Origin: a virus
Taxonomy: Duplodnaviria; Caudoviricetes
Reading direction: 5' to 3' (one strand)
DNA: 30,318 nucleotides
Virus record (IMG/VR): IMGVR_UViG_3300038477_000009
Span: 1 to 30,318 of that record
Part shown: piece after piece, positions 1 through 8,615 of the stretch
How the letters are laid out: each line of letters begins with the position of its first letter
Numbering within the stretch: position 1 is the stretch's first letter
Program-made: the position numbers and the translations under genes
Notes under the pieces: generated by a model
The model's database searches: none
What the model was told of the DNA's origin: nothing
What the model saw: the letters and a program-made list of their open reading frames with translations, nothing else

Positions 1-1
1 C

Positions 2-1129
2 GACAAGCGCCCCCGCGACGGAGGTAATCGTTGGCGTAGTTGACTCGCCCGCAGCCGCCCAGGTGAGCGTCGTCGGCTCCACCACCTGCATATCGAACGC
101 CACCGGCTGCCATGCGTTGCCATCGCAGATCCATTTCTTGCTCGATATCTCAGAGGCGAAGAACATCTGCCCCACGTTGCCGCTCGTGCACGTTCCCCGG
201 CTCGCATATGCGCCGAACACTGGAGCCGATCCACCGCCGCCGCCGCCGCCGGTCTGCTGCGTCCACACGTTCGCGGTCGAGCATTCGTAGATCTGTTGCC
301 CGGCCGTCGCTCCGCTCACGAATGCCAGCTCGCCCACCGCGCACGTCGCCGGCAACGCCCCCGCCGTCGCCACCACAATCGCCGGCCGCGTATGCGCCTC
401 TCCGGAGAGATCCACCACCCCCGCTGCGCCTGTCACGCTCGCCACCGTCTGCAGCGCGCTCCACGTGTTCGCCCCGTTCAATAGCGGCACCTGCGCCCCG
501 CTCGTCCCCAGCGTCGCAGTGGCCGCCGTTCCCAATGTCGTCAGGCTCGGTACCGCGGATGCGAAGGTCACTCCATAGAGGCCGTTCGCCCCATTCAGCG
601 ACGTGCCCCATGCGCTCGATCCCCCGTAGACAGGCAGCCCCGCCGCCGCCGGCCAGGTCATTCCGCCGCTTCCCCCGCCGCAGTTCCCCGGCCCCCATTG
701 CCCCGAACTCAGAAAGCACATGCTCTGTCCCACCGTCGCCCCATCCTGCGCCAGCCAGGTCGGCGACACCAGACTGTATGGCACCGGTGGGAGGATGCTC
801 CTCACCCCACCCAGGTTCACCGTCGCCGGCGAGGCCGGCACAATCCATTGCTCGTACGCCGGCGCGCATCCCGATGGCGTGATGTTATAGCTCGCCGTGT
901 ACTGCCCCGGCTCGAGCGTCACTGTCAATCCGTTCACCGCCCCCGTCACCGGGAACTCTTGCATGCCCTGGTACACCGTGTGTCCATCCGTCGCCGAAGT
1001 GAACGTGTCCCAACTCAGTGTCAGCGTCCCCGAGCAAAACGCCCCCGTCGCCGTATACAGAGTGTCCTGCACCGTCGTCAACGCAAAGCACGGCGCGCAC
1101 ATCAGAGCCAACAGCAATAGTCGTTTCAT
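2..1129 (-). CDS. Tail fibre-like protein with N-terminal signal peptide (3' end beyond the left edge; absent from the ORF track)
   Basis: Hand translation from ATG 1129 (GAGGGG upstream): MKRLLLLALMCAPCFA-LTTVQDTLYTATGAFCSGTLTLSWDTF..., open to position 2. Contains the fibre-shaft motif LGTAATATLGTSGAQVPLLNGANTWSALQT and Cys-paired knob motifs LPATCAVGELAFVSGATAGQQIYECSTANVW and GTCTSGNVGQMFF...WICDGNAW. Confidence 0.85.
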   Translation of the reverse strand, partial: MKRLLLLALMCAPCFALTTVQDTLYTATGAFCSGTLTLSWDTFTSATDGHTVYQGMQEFPVTGAVNGLTVTLEPGQYTASYNITPSGCAPAYEQWIVPASPATVNLGGVRSILPPVPYSLVSPTWLAQDGATVGQSMCFLSSGQWGPGNCGGGSGGMTWPAAAGLPVYGGSSAWGTSLNGANGLYGVTFASAVPSLTTLGTAATATLGTSGAQVPLLNGANTWSALQTVASVTGAAGVVDLSGEAHTRPAIVVATAGALPATCAVGELAFVSGATAGQQIYECSTANVWTQQTGGGGGGGSAPVFGAYASRGTCTSGNVGQMFFASEISSKKWICDGNAWQPVAFDMQVVEPTTLTWAAAGESTTPTITSVAGALV

Positions 1130-1136
1130 CGTCCCC

Positions 1137-1529
1137 TCAGTTCCTCAGATCCACGCTCACCACCACCGGGCTGTTCGACGTCGCCACGTCGATCCAAATC
1201 CGCGTAATGTCGCGCGGCGCGCCGAAGCCAATACCGGCCGCCGCGTCCGTCCACGTGGCGCCCGGCACGGTCGCCGTCCCCGGCGCCAATTGCTGCGTCA
1301 GGTGACCCGCCGTCGCCTTGTTCGCCACCGTCCCCGCCGCGAAGTTCGCCAGGTCCATGTAGTAGCCCACGCCCACCGTCGCGCCGAATCCCATCTGCAC
1401 GTCGATCCGGTTCCCCAGTATCGGATTCGCCGCAGCCAGCGCCGCATTGTTCGCTACCAGCCCCAGTGCCACCGCCAGGTTCACCGGCGTCCCGCTCGTT
1501 ATGTTCGAAATTAACGCGTTGATTCGCAT
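1137..1529 (-). CDS. Hypothetical small beta-rich virion protein (130 aa)
   Basis: ATG preceded by GAGGA; fills the gap between the ejection gene and the fibre gene; Ala/Gly/Val-rich composition. Confidence 0.75.
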   Translation of the reverse strand: MRINALISNITSGTPVNLAVALGLVANNAALAAANPILGNRIDVQMGFGATVGVGYYMDLANFAAGTVANKATAGHLTQQLAPGTATVPGATWTDAAAGIGFGAPRDITRIWIDVATSNSPVVVSVDLRN

Positions 1530-1543
1530 CCTCGAAGTCCTCT

Positions 1544-4500
1544 CTATAACGCTGCGCGCTTCGCCCGCACGTCCACGAGCGCCTGGCGCGCCGCCTCCAG
1601 CTTGCTCTCTCGCGTCGCCTTGCCCGCTTCCGAAAGCTCGTCGTCGGCCGTCTCCCCGAGCTTCCGCATTGTCGCCACCAGCTTGCTCTCCTGCGCGTTC
1701 AGCTTCGCGACGTTCAGCGCCCGCGTGAAGGCGTCCGCCGGCTCCGGTACCGCGGGCTTGCCGAACATCCCCTCCGGAGCGCCATCGGCCGCCGCGTCTT
1801 GCGCGTAGATCTCCGCCGCGTCCTTCAATTCCGGCAGCGGTGCCGATTGCAGCGTCTTCGCCATCTCGATCACCCTCGGCGAATACCCCGGCCTGCCGAA
1901 GATATTACCCGTCTTGACGAAATGGGCCAGCGTGTTCTTGTTCGCCGAGGCCTCGCGCAGCAGCTCGAGCGCGCCCTGCACCGTCGGCGTCAACGTCCAC
2001 TTCGGGTCCGCATCCAGATCGGTCAACGGCCCCGCGATCCGCTCGATCCGCGTGCGCACCGGCAGAACCGTCGCCGCCATCTGCTCCGTATCGGCGTAAA
2101 ATCGCCCCGTCAAGGCCTGCGAGATCCGCGCCTTCCCCGCCTCTGTCAGAGTGTTCCCCGCCTTCAGCGCCGCCACTTCCTGTTGATTCACTACGCCGTC
2201 GCGGATCATGCTGTTCAGCACATCCACGCCACCGGGCCCACCCAGTACTTGCGGCAACGTCCCCTGTGGCCCCAGCGCGTTCATCCGCCGCCCGATATCG
2301 TCCCGCGTTGCCTGCGATACCCGCCGCGCGTCCGCCATCGCGTTCTCCGCCGGCGTCAGATCCGCGGTACCGCTCGCGTTGAAATCGGTAATCGCCCTCT
2401 GCCGCGCCTCCGGGGTCGCGGTCTCCGAGTCCGCCACTTCGCGCCCTAAGACCGGCTGCCGCATGGCCGCGATCTCCGCCGGGTCTTGGCCGTAGAGTCC
2501 GGCATGTTGGATCAGTAGCTCCCGGTAGGCTTGCGCGCCCTCTGGGTTGTAGGCGTACATCCGCTGCAACATCATGCCGCGGCCGTTGCCGCCGTGCACC
2601 TGCCCTTCACTGTCCCAGGCCGGCGGTCCGCTCCCCATGTCAGGGCCATTGTTGACGAAGTACCGAGGGTCGAATGTCGCCGGGTCGGACCCGAACATCA
2701 CCTTCGCCTGGCTCTCCGGGATGGTGTAGTCACGGTCGTTCAGTCCCTTGAAACCTTCGTTCCTGGCGAAGCTGAGACCGTTGTGAGAGGTGGTGATGCT
2801 GTCGAGTTCCCTTACGGCATATTTGGCTTGGTAAGGGGCGCGACGGGAGCCTGGGATTGGGATGGTTGTCGCTGACGTTCGGCTTGGAGTTCCCGCGACC
2901 GGTCCAGGCTGGCCTTGAACCGCCGGTGCTCCTCGATCTCCTCCAGCGTGCTGCACGGGAAGACTATCGTCGTTTGGCTGCGGTCCACTGTCGCCATGCG
3001 CTGCTCCTATCGGTGTCTCAACAGTACTCGCTTCCGGCCCCTGATTCAATACCTCCGCCGCCCCGCCCGGCTTAGGGTTTAACCCCGCAGCGCTACCACC
3101 TCCACCACTCCCCGCCCGAGGCGTAGACGGTCCTCCACCAGGCGGGATCGGCCTCACGTCATCCGGCCCCGTGATCCGCAATATCTGCGACAGGCGCAAC
3201 GCCGCCGCTCCAGGTGCCTCCGGCGCGAGCCCGCCGGTCAGCAGTCGCACGCCGCGCGGGGAATACAACAACTTTGCTATTGCGCCCCAACCCAACTGGT
3301 AGCCGGCAGCGAGCACGGCGCCACCCGCCACCGCCAAGGGGCTATGCAGGTACAGGCCACCGACGCCCGTTAACCCTCCGATCGCATTGCCCGCCTGGTT
3401 GACCAGTGCCGTGCCCGATGGGTTGGGGTTGTCAGTCGCCATCTTGGCACCCAGGAAGAAGTTATCGAGTCCGGAGCGAAGCCCAGGATTCGGGTACATG
3501 AGTGCCTTGGTCTGGTCCCCTAGTCTCTCCCAATCTCTGGCCATTCCAATCGTTCTCGAGAACCCGCCCTCTGCCGTCCCCTTGTCGAATACCTGTTGCA
3601 GAAACGCGCGGCCAATCTGCGGCATCACGCCCGGCGCTTCCGCATCGATCTTCCGGATCAGGGCGATGCCTGTGTCGTACTGCAGGGTCAGCTTGTTGAA
3701 ATTCTTGACAGGCTCTTCCTTCAACTGGTCCGCTAGGTCCGCCAGTTCCATCTTCGTCGCGTGGGCCGCACGGCCATCCTGTAAGGAACGGAGCGCCTGC
3801 GGGTCCGCTTTCGCGACTGCGGCATCAATCCCCTCCTGAAGGGGCTGGGTCACCCCCGCGGCCATTCCCTGAGATGTATTTCGCAGGTCCGTATTGTCCA
3901 CGCGGGCCATCGTTTTCAGTCCCGACAGCCCTTGCTCGGCATCCTGTGCCGAAATGAAGTCGGGCCCGTTGACGATGCTCTTGGCCGCCTGGTATCCGGA
4001 GCTGGCGTCTCGAACTACGCTCGTGCCCCACGAGTCCATCGACTGCACGAACGGCGCGAGCTGCTGCTTGATCCCACGTACGTCGACCGGCGCCTGGACC
4101 TTCGCCATCACCGGCGCCGCTTCCGTCTGCCCTGTGTCCTTGCCAGTGGCGTCGTAGATCGGCCGCTGCACCGTCTTCACCGGGACCTCGATCGCGTTGG
4201 CCGGATCGTTCACCGTCGCCCATGTATCCCCGTACGCCTCATCCTCATGCAGCTTCAGGTTGCCAATTTGCCGGTTGAGCGAAGCGGGCGCAGCCGCGCC
4301 GGCCGACTCTGGTGTCGCCGGGTTTGGATGCGCCTGTTCAGTCAGCTCGCCGGCGACTCGCGTCAGCCCCTGCTCGGTGGCAAGCGCAGCCTTCCCTGCC
4401 ACGCCCGCCCCCAGTGGCGTTTGTGCCGCGAGCGCCTGGAAGCCCTTGAGGAACTTATTGCCGGTGACCGTTCCCGCGTTCAGCGGCACGTCGTGGGCCC

Positions 4501-5251
4501 GCAGGTAATCCACCGCGTCCTGCTGCACCGGATTTAGCCTGCTCTTGAATTGGAGCGGCCCGACCGCTGGCGCCGCGTCGGCCGCTGCCACCGGCGAGGC
4601 CTCGGCCGCCGGCGCCGCCGGCACGCCGGGCCCCGCCGCCGCATCCCCCACCCCGGCGCTCGCATCCACGCCCTGCACTCCAGCCCGGATCTCGCCCACA
4701 GCCCTTGCCGCCGGCACCGCCAATGCCAGCGCCGCTTGCGGGATCGCTTCGCCAACCGCGCCGGTCGGGTCGGGATGCTGCCCCTGCGTTACCACATTGC
4801 CGAATTTGTCGTAGGCCGGCGGCGCGCCCGCCAGCCGCGTCGCCAAATGCGCCGCCATCGGTCCCACCATCGGTGTCACGGCCGCCAGCGAGTGCCCCAA
4901 CGCCTCGCTATACTGCCCGTTCTGCGCCGCCTGGTAGGCCTGCTGCGCCTCAGCCGCATGAGATTTCAGCAGGTCTAGCGCCATCTGGACTACCTTCGGC
5001 GTGTCCACATGCTGGCCGGTCACCGCCTGGTACGTCTCTTTCACCCCTTCCGCCATCAGCGCCGGCGGCGACGTCTCCCCCAGCACTTTCAGAATGCCCA
5101 GGCCACTCGATAGCACCGCGTGTCCCAGGTTGCCCCACGTCTGCGGTGCCGCCGGCGCATAGGCGGCCGACTGCTTCGGCATCGCCTGCACCTGCGATGG
5201 GTCGACGTGGATCGCCTGCACTTGCGAAGGATCTACTTGAAGCGTTCCCAT
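1544..5251 (-). CDS. Large ejection/internal virion protein (P22 gp16 position) with a C-terminal DdrB-like ParB-superfamily domain
   Basis: 1235 aa; third of three Ala/Gly/Gln-rich genes after the GNAT gene; hydrophobic Gly-rich segment mid-protein. The C-terminal part has YAVRELDSITTSH...NDRDY...FDP...GPP...GGNGR, recalled as the DdrB-ParB motif set. Confidence 0.82.
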   Translation of the reverse strand: MGTLQVDPSQVQAIHVDPSQVQAMPKQSAAYAPAAPQTWGNLGHAVLSSGLGILKVLGETSPPALMAEGVKETYQAVTGQHVDTPKVVQMALDLLKSHAAEAQQAYQAAQNGQYSEALGHSLAAVTPMVGPMAAHLATRLAGAPPAYDKFGNVVTQGQHPDPTGAVGEAIPQAALALAVPAARAVGEIRAGVQGVDASAGVGDAAAGPGVPAAPAAEASPVAAADAAPAVGPLQFKSRLNPVQQDAVDYLRAHDVPLNAGTVTGNKFLKGFQALAAQTPLGAGVAGKAALATEQGLTRVAGELTEQAHPNPATPESAGAAAPASLNRQIGNLKLHEDEAYGDTWATVNDPANAIEVPVKTVQRPIYDATGKDTGQTEAAPVMAKVQAPVDVRGIKQQLAPFVQSMDSWGTSVVRDASSGYQAAKSIVNGPDFISAQDAEQGLSGLKTMARVDNTDLRNTSQGMAAGVTQPLQEGIDAAVAKADPQALRSLQDGRAAHATKMELADLADQLKEEPVKNFNKLTLQYDTGIALIRKIDAEAPGVMPQIGRAFLQQVFDKGTAEGGFSRTIGMARDWERLGDQTKALMYPNPGLRSGLDNFFLGAKMATDNPNPSGTALVNQAGNAIGGLTGVGGLYLHSPLAVAGGAVLAAGYQLGWGAIAKLLYSPRGVRLLTGGLAPEAPGAAALRLSQILRITGPDDVRPIPPGGGPSTPRAGSGGGGSAAGLNPKPGGAAEVLNQGPEASTVETPIGAAHGDSGPQPNDDSLPVQHAGGDRGAPAVQGQPGPVAGTPSRTSATTIPIPGSRRAPYQAKYAVRELDSITTSHNGLSFARNEGFKGLNDRDYTIPESQAKVMFGSDPATFDPRYFVNNGPDMGSGPPAWDSEGQVHGGNGRGMMLQRMYAYNPEGAQAYRELLIQHAGLYGQDPAEIAAMRQPVLGREVADSETATPEARQRAITDFNASGTADLTPAENAMADARRVSQATRDDIGRRMNALGPQGTLPQVLGGPGGVDVLNSMIRDGVVNQQEVAALKAGNTLTEAGKARISQALTGRFYADTEQMAATVLPVRTRIERIAGPLTDLDADPKWTLTPTVQGALELLREASANKNTLAHFVKTGNIFGRPGYSPRVIEMAKTLQSAPLPELKDAAEIYAQDAAADGAPEGMFGKPAVPEPADAFTRALNVAKLNAQESKLVATMRKLGETADDELSEAGKATRESKLEAARQALVDVRAKRAAL
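2812..2997 (-). CDS. Overprinted 61-aa ORF in an alternative frame inside the ejection gene (candidate immunity/antitoxin)
   Basis: ATG 2997 has AGGAG (3008-3004) 6 nt upstream and a sigma70-like promoter further upstream. It lies in the low-complexity linker of the host gene. Confidence 0.6.
   Translation of the reverse strand: MATVDRSQTTIVFPCSTLEEIEEHRRFKASLDRSRELQAERQRQPSQSQAPVAPLTKPNMP
3004..3049 (-). promoter_or_regulatory. Internal sigma70-type promoter and RBS for the overprinted ORF
   Basis: Minus strand: TTGAAT (3049-3044), 17 nt, TACTGT (3026-3021), then AGGAG (3008-3004), 6 nt, ATG. Confidence 0.6.
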
Positions 5252-5252
5252 G

Positions 5253-7094
5253 TTATGGCGCCAATGTCAGCTTTCCGCTCTGCGGATCGATGCTCGTCAC
5301 TTTATGCGCTCTGCCCTGGTACATCACCGAATCGCCCACGTTGAACTTCGGCGTCTGCGCTCCCCCCTGATTTCCGCCACCCTGATTCCCCGCCGCGGCC
5401 GTCGGATCGAAACCATGTTTCTGAAACACCCCGCGCGCCGCCGGCAGAATCGGGTTCCATGCCTGATCCCCCGGTATCTGCTGCTGGTATCGCTGCTGAT
5501 AGGTACTCAGCTTCGCCCCCAGCACGTGTAGGTTGGTTTCCACCACCCCGGACAATTGCGCCGGCGAATTCGCCGCCTGTATGCTCCGCGCGACGTTGGC
5601 AATCTCCGGGTCCGTTGCGTTCCCCTTCAGCGCACTCGCCAGTTCGCCCGCCACGGCATTCTTCAGCGCCTCGAAGTTGGTCGGCGCCGCCGCTCCAAAC
5701 GAGGTCTTCAGCGCGTTCATCGCCCGGTTTATCAGTTGCGCGTCGCCCGTCTTCAGCGCCGTCGCCGCGTCGCTCAACTGATCCAGGTGCACCGTCGCCG
5801 TATTCAGCGCGCCGATGTTCCGGCCGTCCGGTCCCGTCGTGAATGCCTTCCTCACTTGCGAGGCCTGATCGCTGTACCCCGGATAAGCCTGGAACACGGC
5901 GTTGCGAATCTGAATCGCCGCCTGGCTTCTTGTCGAGCCCGACGGCATGACTGCCCGCCCTTCGTTGATGGCTCGCACCTGTGCCGCAGTTCCCGGCGGC
6001 AGCGTGTTCAGATACTCCTCGCCCGTCAGCTTCGAGGCGTCCGGGCCCGGCCCTCCGCCGAGTCCCGGCACCGCCGTCTGCAGTGCCGGCCGCGACTCGC
6101 GCGCGATCTTGACATGCTGCGCTTCCACGTCCGCAGGCAGCGGAACGTCACGTCCGGGAATCTGCTTGGCCGCGTTCGCCGCCGCCTGGTCCGCTTGCGT
6201 CCTTTGCTCGGAAGTCATTCCCGAACGCTGCACAATCCCCTGCATCCCCGGCTTCCACGCGCCCGTCTCGTCGAATGCCGCGGCCGATGGAGGAAACGCG
6301 ATCGGATCGCCCCCGCCCTGGATGTAGCTGTCCCGCGCCTGGTCGTAGCTGCCCCGCGCCTGTGGCCCCGGTGCAATCCCGGATAGCAACTGCGATGCGC
6401 TGGCGCGCTGCGCTACCGCCGCCGCCGCCTTCTGCCCCGGCAATTCGGCGCCCTCTCTCGTCGCCGCCGTCGCCGCCTCGCTCGTCATGGCCCCCGCCCG
6501 GCCGGCCGCCGCCCCCGCGGTCTGATCCTTCGCGAGCTGGTCGTGCGCCACCAGCGTATTCGAGTAGCTCTGGATCGCTTCGCGCGACCCCGGATACGGC
6601 TGCGCTTCGCCCGGCTTCAGAATGCCGCGGCTGATAAGCGCTTGCTCCCCGGCCGCCCACGCGTTGGGCAGATTGGCGTCGTCCTTCTCCGCCAGGATGT
6701 TGTCGATCACCGGCTTGACCATGTTGTTTTTCTCGGTGAGATTCCCGAGCTGGTCCTTCGTCAGCGTCGACATGGCCGTCTTCTGCGCCAGGATCGATTG
6801 ATTCATCGCGATCATGGTCTTCGGGCCCACGCCGTATTTCGTGGCCAGCGTCTGCATCCTGTCCAGGTCGCCGCCCGAGTCCATCCAGGCCCGCCGCATG
6901 TTCGCCTGGTCCTGCATATCCATCTGCTGCTGCTGCAACTGCAATTGCGCGCCCTGCACCTGCATCGGCGCCATTTGCCGTTGCAGGTTCAACTGCTGCC
7001 CGACCTGCAAGCCTTGCAGGGCATTCGGGTTTTCCGTGCCCTGAATCTGCGGCAGGTTGCTAAAGGAAGTCGGAGGAGCCATTTCAACAGGCAT
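5253..7094 (-). CDS. Ejection (DNA transfer) protein, P22 gp20 position
   Basis: 613 aa; Gln-rich helical N-terminus; position between the gp7-like and gp16-like genes; small C-terminal beta domain (FNVGDSVMYQGRAHKVTSID). Confidence 0.75.
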   Translation of the reverse strand: MPVEMAPPTSFSNLPQIQGTENPNALQGLQVGQQLNLQRQMAPMQVQGAQLQLQQQQMDMQDQANMRRAWMDSGGDLDRMQTLATKYGVGPKTMIAMNQSILAQKTAMSTLTKDQLGNLTEKNNMVKPVIDNILAEKDDANLPNAWAAGEQALISRGILKPGEAQPYPGSREAIQSYSNTLVAHDQLAKDQTAGAAAGRAGAMTSEAATAATREGAELPGQKAAAAVAQRASASQLLSGIAPGPQARGSYDQARDSYIQGGGDPIAFPPSAAAFDETGAWKPGMQGIVQRSGMTSEQRTQADQAAANAAKQIPGRDVPLPADVEAQHVKIARESRPALQTAVPGLGGGPGPDASKLTGEEYLNTLPPGTAAQVRAINEGRAVMPSGSTRSQAAIQIRNAVFQAYPGYSDQASQVRKAFTTGPDGRNIGALNTATVHLDQLSDAATALKTGDAQLINRAMNALKTSFGAAAPTNFEALKNAVAGELASALKGNATDPEIANVARSIQAANSPAQLSGVVETNLHVLGAKLSTYQQRYQQQIPGDQAWNPILPAARGVFQKHGFDPTAAAGNQGGGNQGGAQTPKFNVGDSVMYQGRAHKVTSIDPQSGKLTLAP

Positions 7095-7108
7095 GGATTA
7101 TCTCTTTC

Positions 7109-8140
7109 TCAATACGTCGTCTGCCCGTAGTTGTACCCAGGTGCGCCGCCGTAGCTGTACCCCGCGTTGTTCGCCACTGCGGGCATCCCATAGCTCGAGG
7201 GCGCCATCGAGCCATAGCTGGCCGTGCTCCCGCCGCTCGCGAACGGATTGCTGAACAGGCTCGTGCCGCCCGTCGCCAGCGCGTTCCCCGCCGTCCCGAT
7301 CGAGTTAAGCGCTCCGTTCCAGGCGCTGGCCGCTCCGATGTCTCCCTGCGCTTGCGCCTGGCCGGCCCCGATCTGCGTGTTCCCCAGGTAGTTCGCCGCG
7401 CTCAACGTGTTCTGCGCCGCTGTCGCCGTGGCTCCGTAGTTCATCCCGGCGCCGTATTCCGCCGTTCCCACGTTCGTGTTCGCCGCCGCCGTGTTGATGT
7501 TGCCGCCATACTGCGCCGCGTTCGTTCCCAGTCCGGCCTGCGTCGTGCTCGCCTGCTGCCCCTGCTGGGCCACCGAACTCGTGTTATTGAACAGGTTCTG
7601 CTGCTGCTGCGTATATTGGTTGAACGCGTTGTTATAGGCCGTGCCCGCGTAGCTCTGCGAATAGGCGTCCATCGCCTTCATCGCTCCGCCCGATCCGCTC
7701 AGCCCCGCCGCGGCCGCTTGCCGTGCCACTCCCTGTTGCCCTTGTTGGAGTTGGAATTGATACCCCGGCGACATCGACGCCATCGTGCTCGCCGTGAATG
7801 GCGTATTGAACGCCCCGCCCGCCTGCAGCCCCGTGTTCAGCGCGTTGGTGGCATTCGCCCCATTCACCGCATACGGGTTCAGACTGGCTATCCCCGTGTT
7901 CGCCGCCGTCGTGGCGTTGTTCGCCGCCGTGTTCGCGGCCGTCGTCACCGCGCCGCCGGCGTTCGTTACTTCGCTCGCGCCCGTCGCCGCCGCCGTCGTC
8001 AGCGTCGGATTCACCGCCGCCGCGGCATTCGTAACGGTCTGCCCCGCCGCGTTGTACCCGCCGCTCAGCGCGTTCGCCGCGTTGTGCGAGGCGCTCGCCC
8101 CCTGTATCCCTCCGATAATCGATGTCACGATGGACGGCAT
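7109..8140 (-). CDS. Ejection (DNA transfer) protein, P22 gp7-like
   Basis: 343 aa, Ala/Gly/Asn/Thr-rich, with the motif PGYQFQLQQGQQGVARQAAAAGLSGSGGAMKAM typical of this class. Directly follows the GNAT gene. Confidence 0.8.
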   Translation of the reverse strand: MPSIVTSIIGGIQGASASHNAANALSGGYNAAGQTVTNAAAAVNPTLTTAAATGASEVTNAGGAVTTAANTAANNATTAANTGIASLNPYAVNGANATNALNTGLQAGGAFNTPFTASTMASMSPGYQFQLQQGQQGVARQAAAAGLSGSGGAMKAMDAYSQSYAGTAYNNAFNQYTQQQQNLFNNTSSVAQQGQQASTTQAGLGTNAAQYGGNINTAAANTNVGTAEYGAGMNYGATATAAQNTLSAANYLGNTQIGAGQAQAQGDIGAASAWNGALNSIGTAGNALATGGTSLFSNPFASGGSTASYGSMAPSSYGMPAVANNAGYSYGGAPGYNYGQTTY

Positions 8141-8144
8141 TGGT

Positions 8145-8615
8145 CTATTCCCCTGGCTTGCTCCGGCCCATCAACATCTGGTCCCAGAGCTTGCCGTGCT
8201 TCAAAAACGACTTGGAATTCATCCCGTAGGGCTCCAAATTCATGCCCTGCGCGTCGAGCCCGTAGCGCACCGCCGCCCAGTTCGAGGCCGGCACACTCGC
8301 AATCAACCGCCGGCACGGCGTGTTCTCCCACAGCCACTCGACCAGCTCGCGTCCAATCCGCCGCGCCTTCTCCGGGTGCAGCCCGCGGTACAGCGCCACG
8401 TGCGCCGCCCAGCAGATCTGGTTCTCCGGGAACAGGCAGAAGAGCCCTAGCAGATCGAACCCGTCGTAGACGCGCACGTATCGGATGTCCGAATGTGTGT
8501 TCACCTGGAACTCTTCGCGCGCCGGCGCGAAGTCGTCCGTCATGTAATCGTAGATCTCTGGATCGGTCAGAACCTGCCGCACCAGCCCGTAGCGCGTCGT
8601 CGGATCGAACGTCAT
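8145..8615 (-). CDS. GNAT-fold protein, P22 gp14/DUF2824-like (156 aa)
   Basis: Real start is ATG 8615, overlapping the upstream TGA (ATGA). Sequence MTFDPTTRYGLVRQVLTDPEIY...HVAL...WLWENTPCRRLIASVPASNWAA...SFLKHGKLWDQMLMG; conserved position before the ejection genes. Confidence 0.8.
   Translation of the reverse strand: MTFDPTTRYGLVRQVLTDPEIYDYMTDDFAPAREEFQVNTHSDIRYVRVYDGFDLLGLFCLFPENQICWAAHVALYRGLHPEKARRIGRELVEWLWENTPCRRLIASVPASNWAAVRYGLDAQGMNLEPYGMNSKSFLKHGKLWDQMLMGRSKPGE

Noticed and set aside
150-1100. ORF-track minus-strand ORFs 150..869 and 885..1100
   Set aside because: Shadow frames of the real gene 2..1129, which the track missed because it has no stop in the window.
5192-5245. 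VDPSQVQA tandem duplication at the start of the large ejection protein
   Set aside because: Short N-terminal repeats are common in ejection proteins; no further signal.
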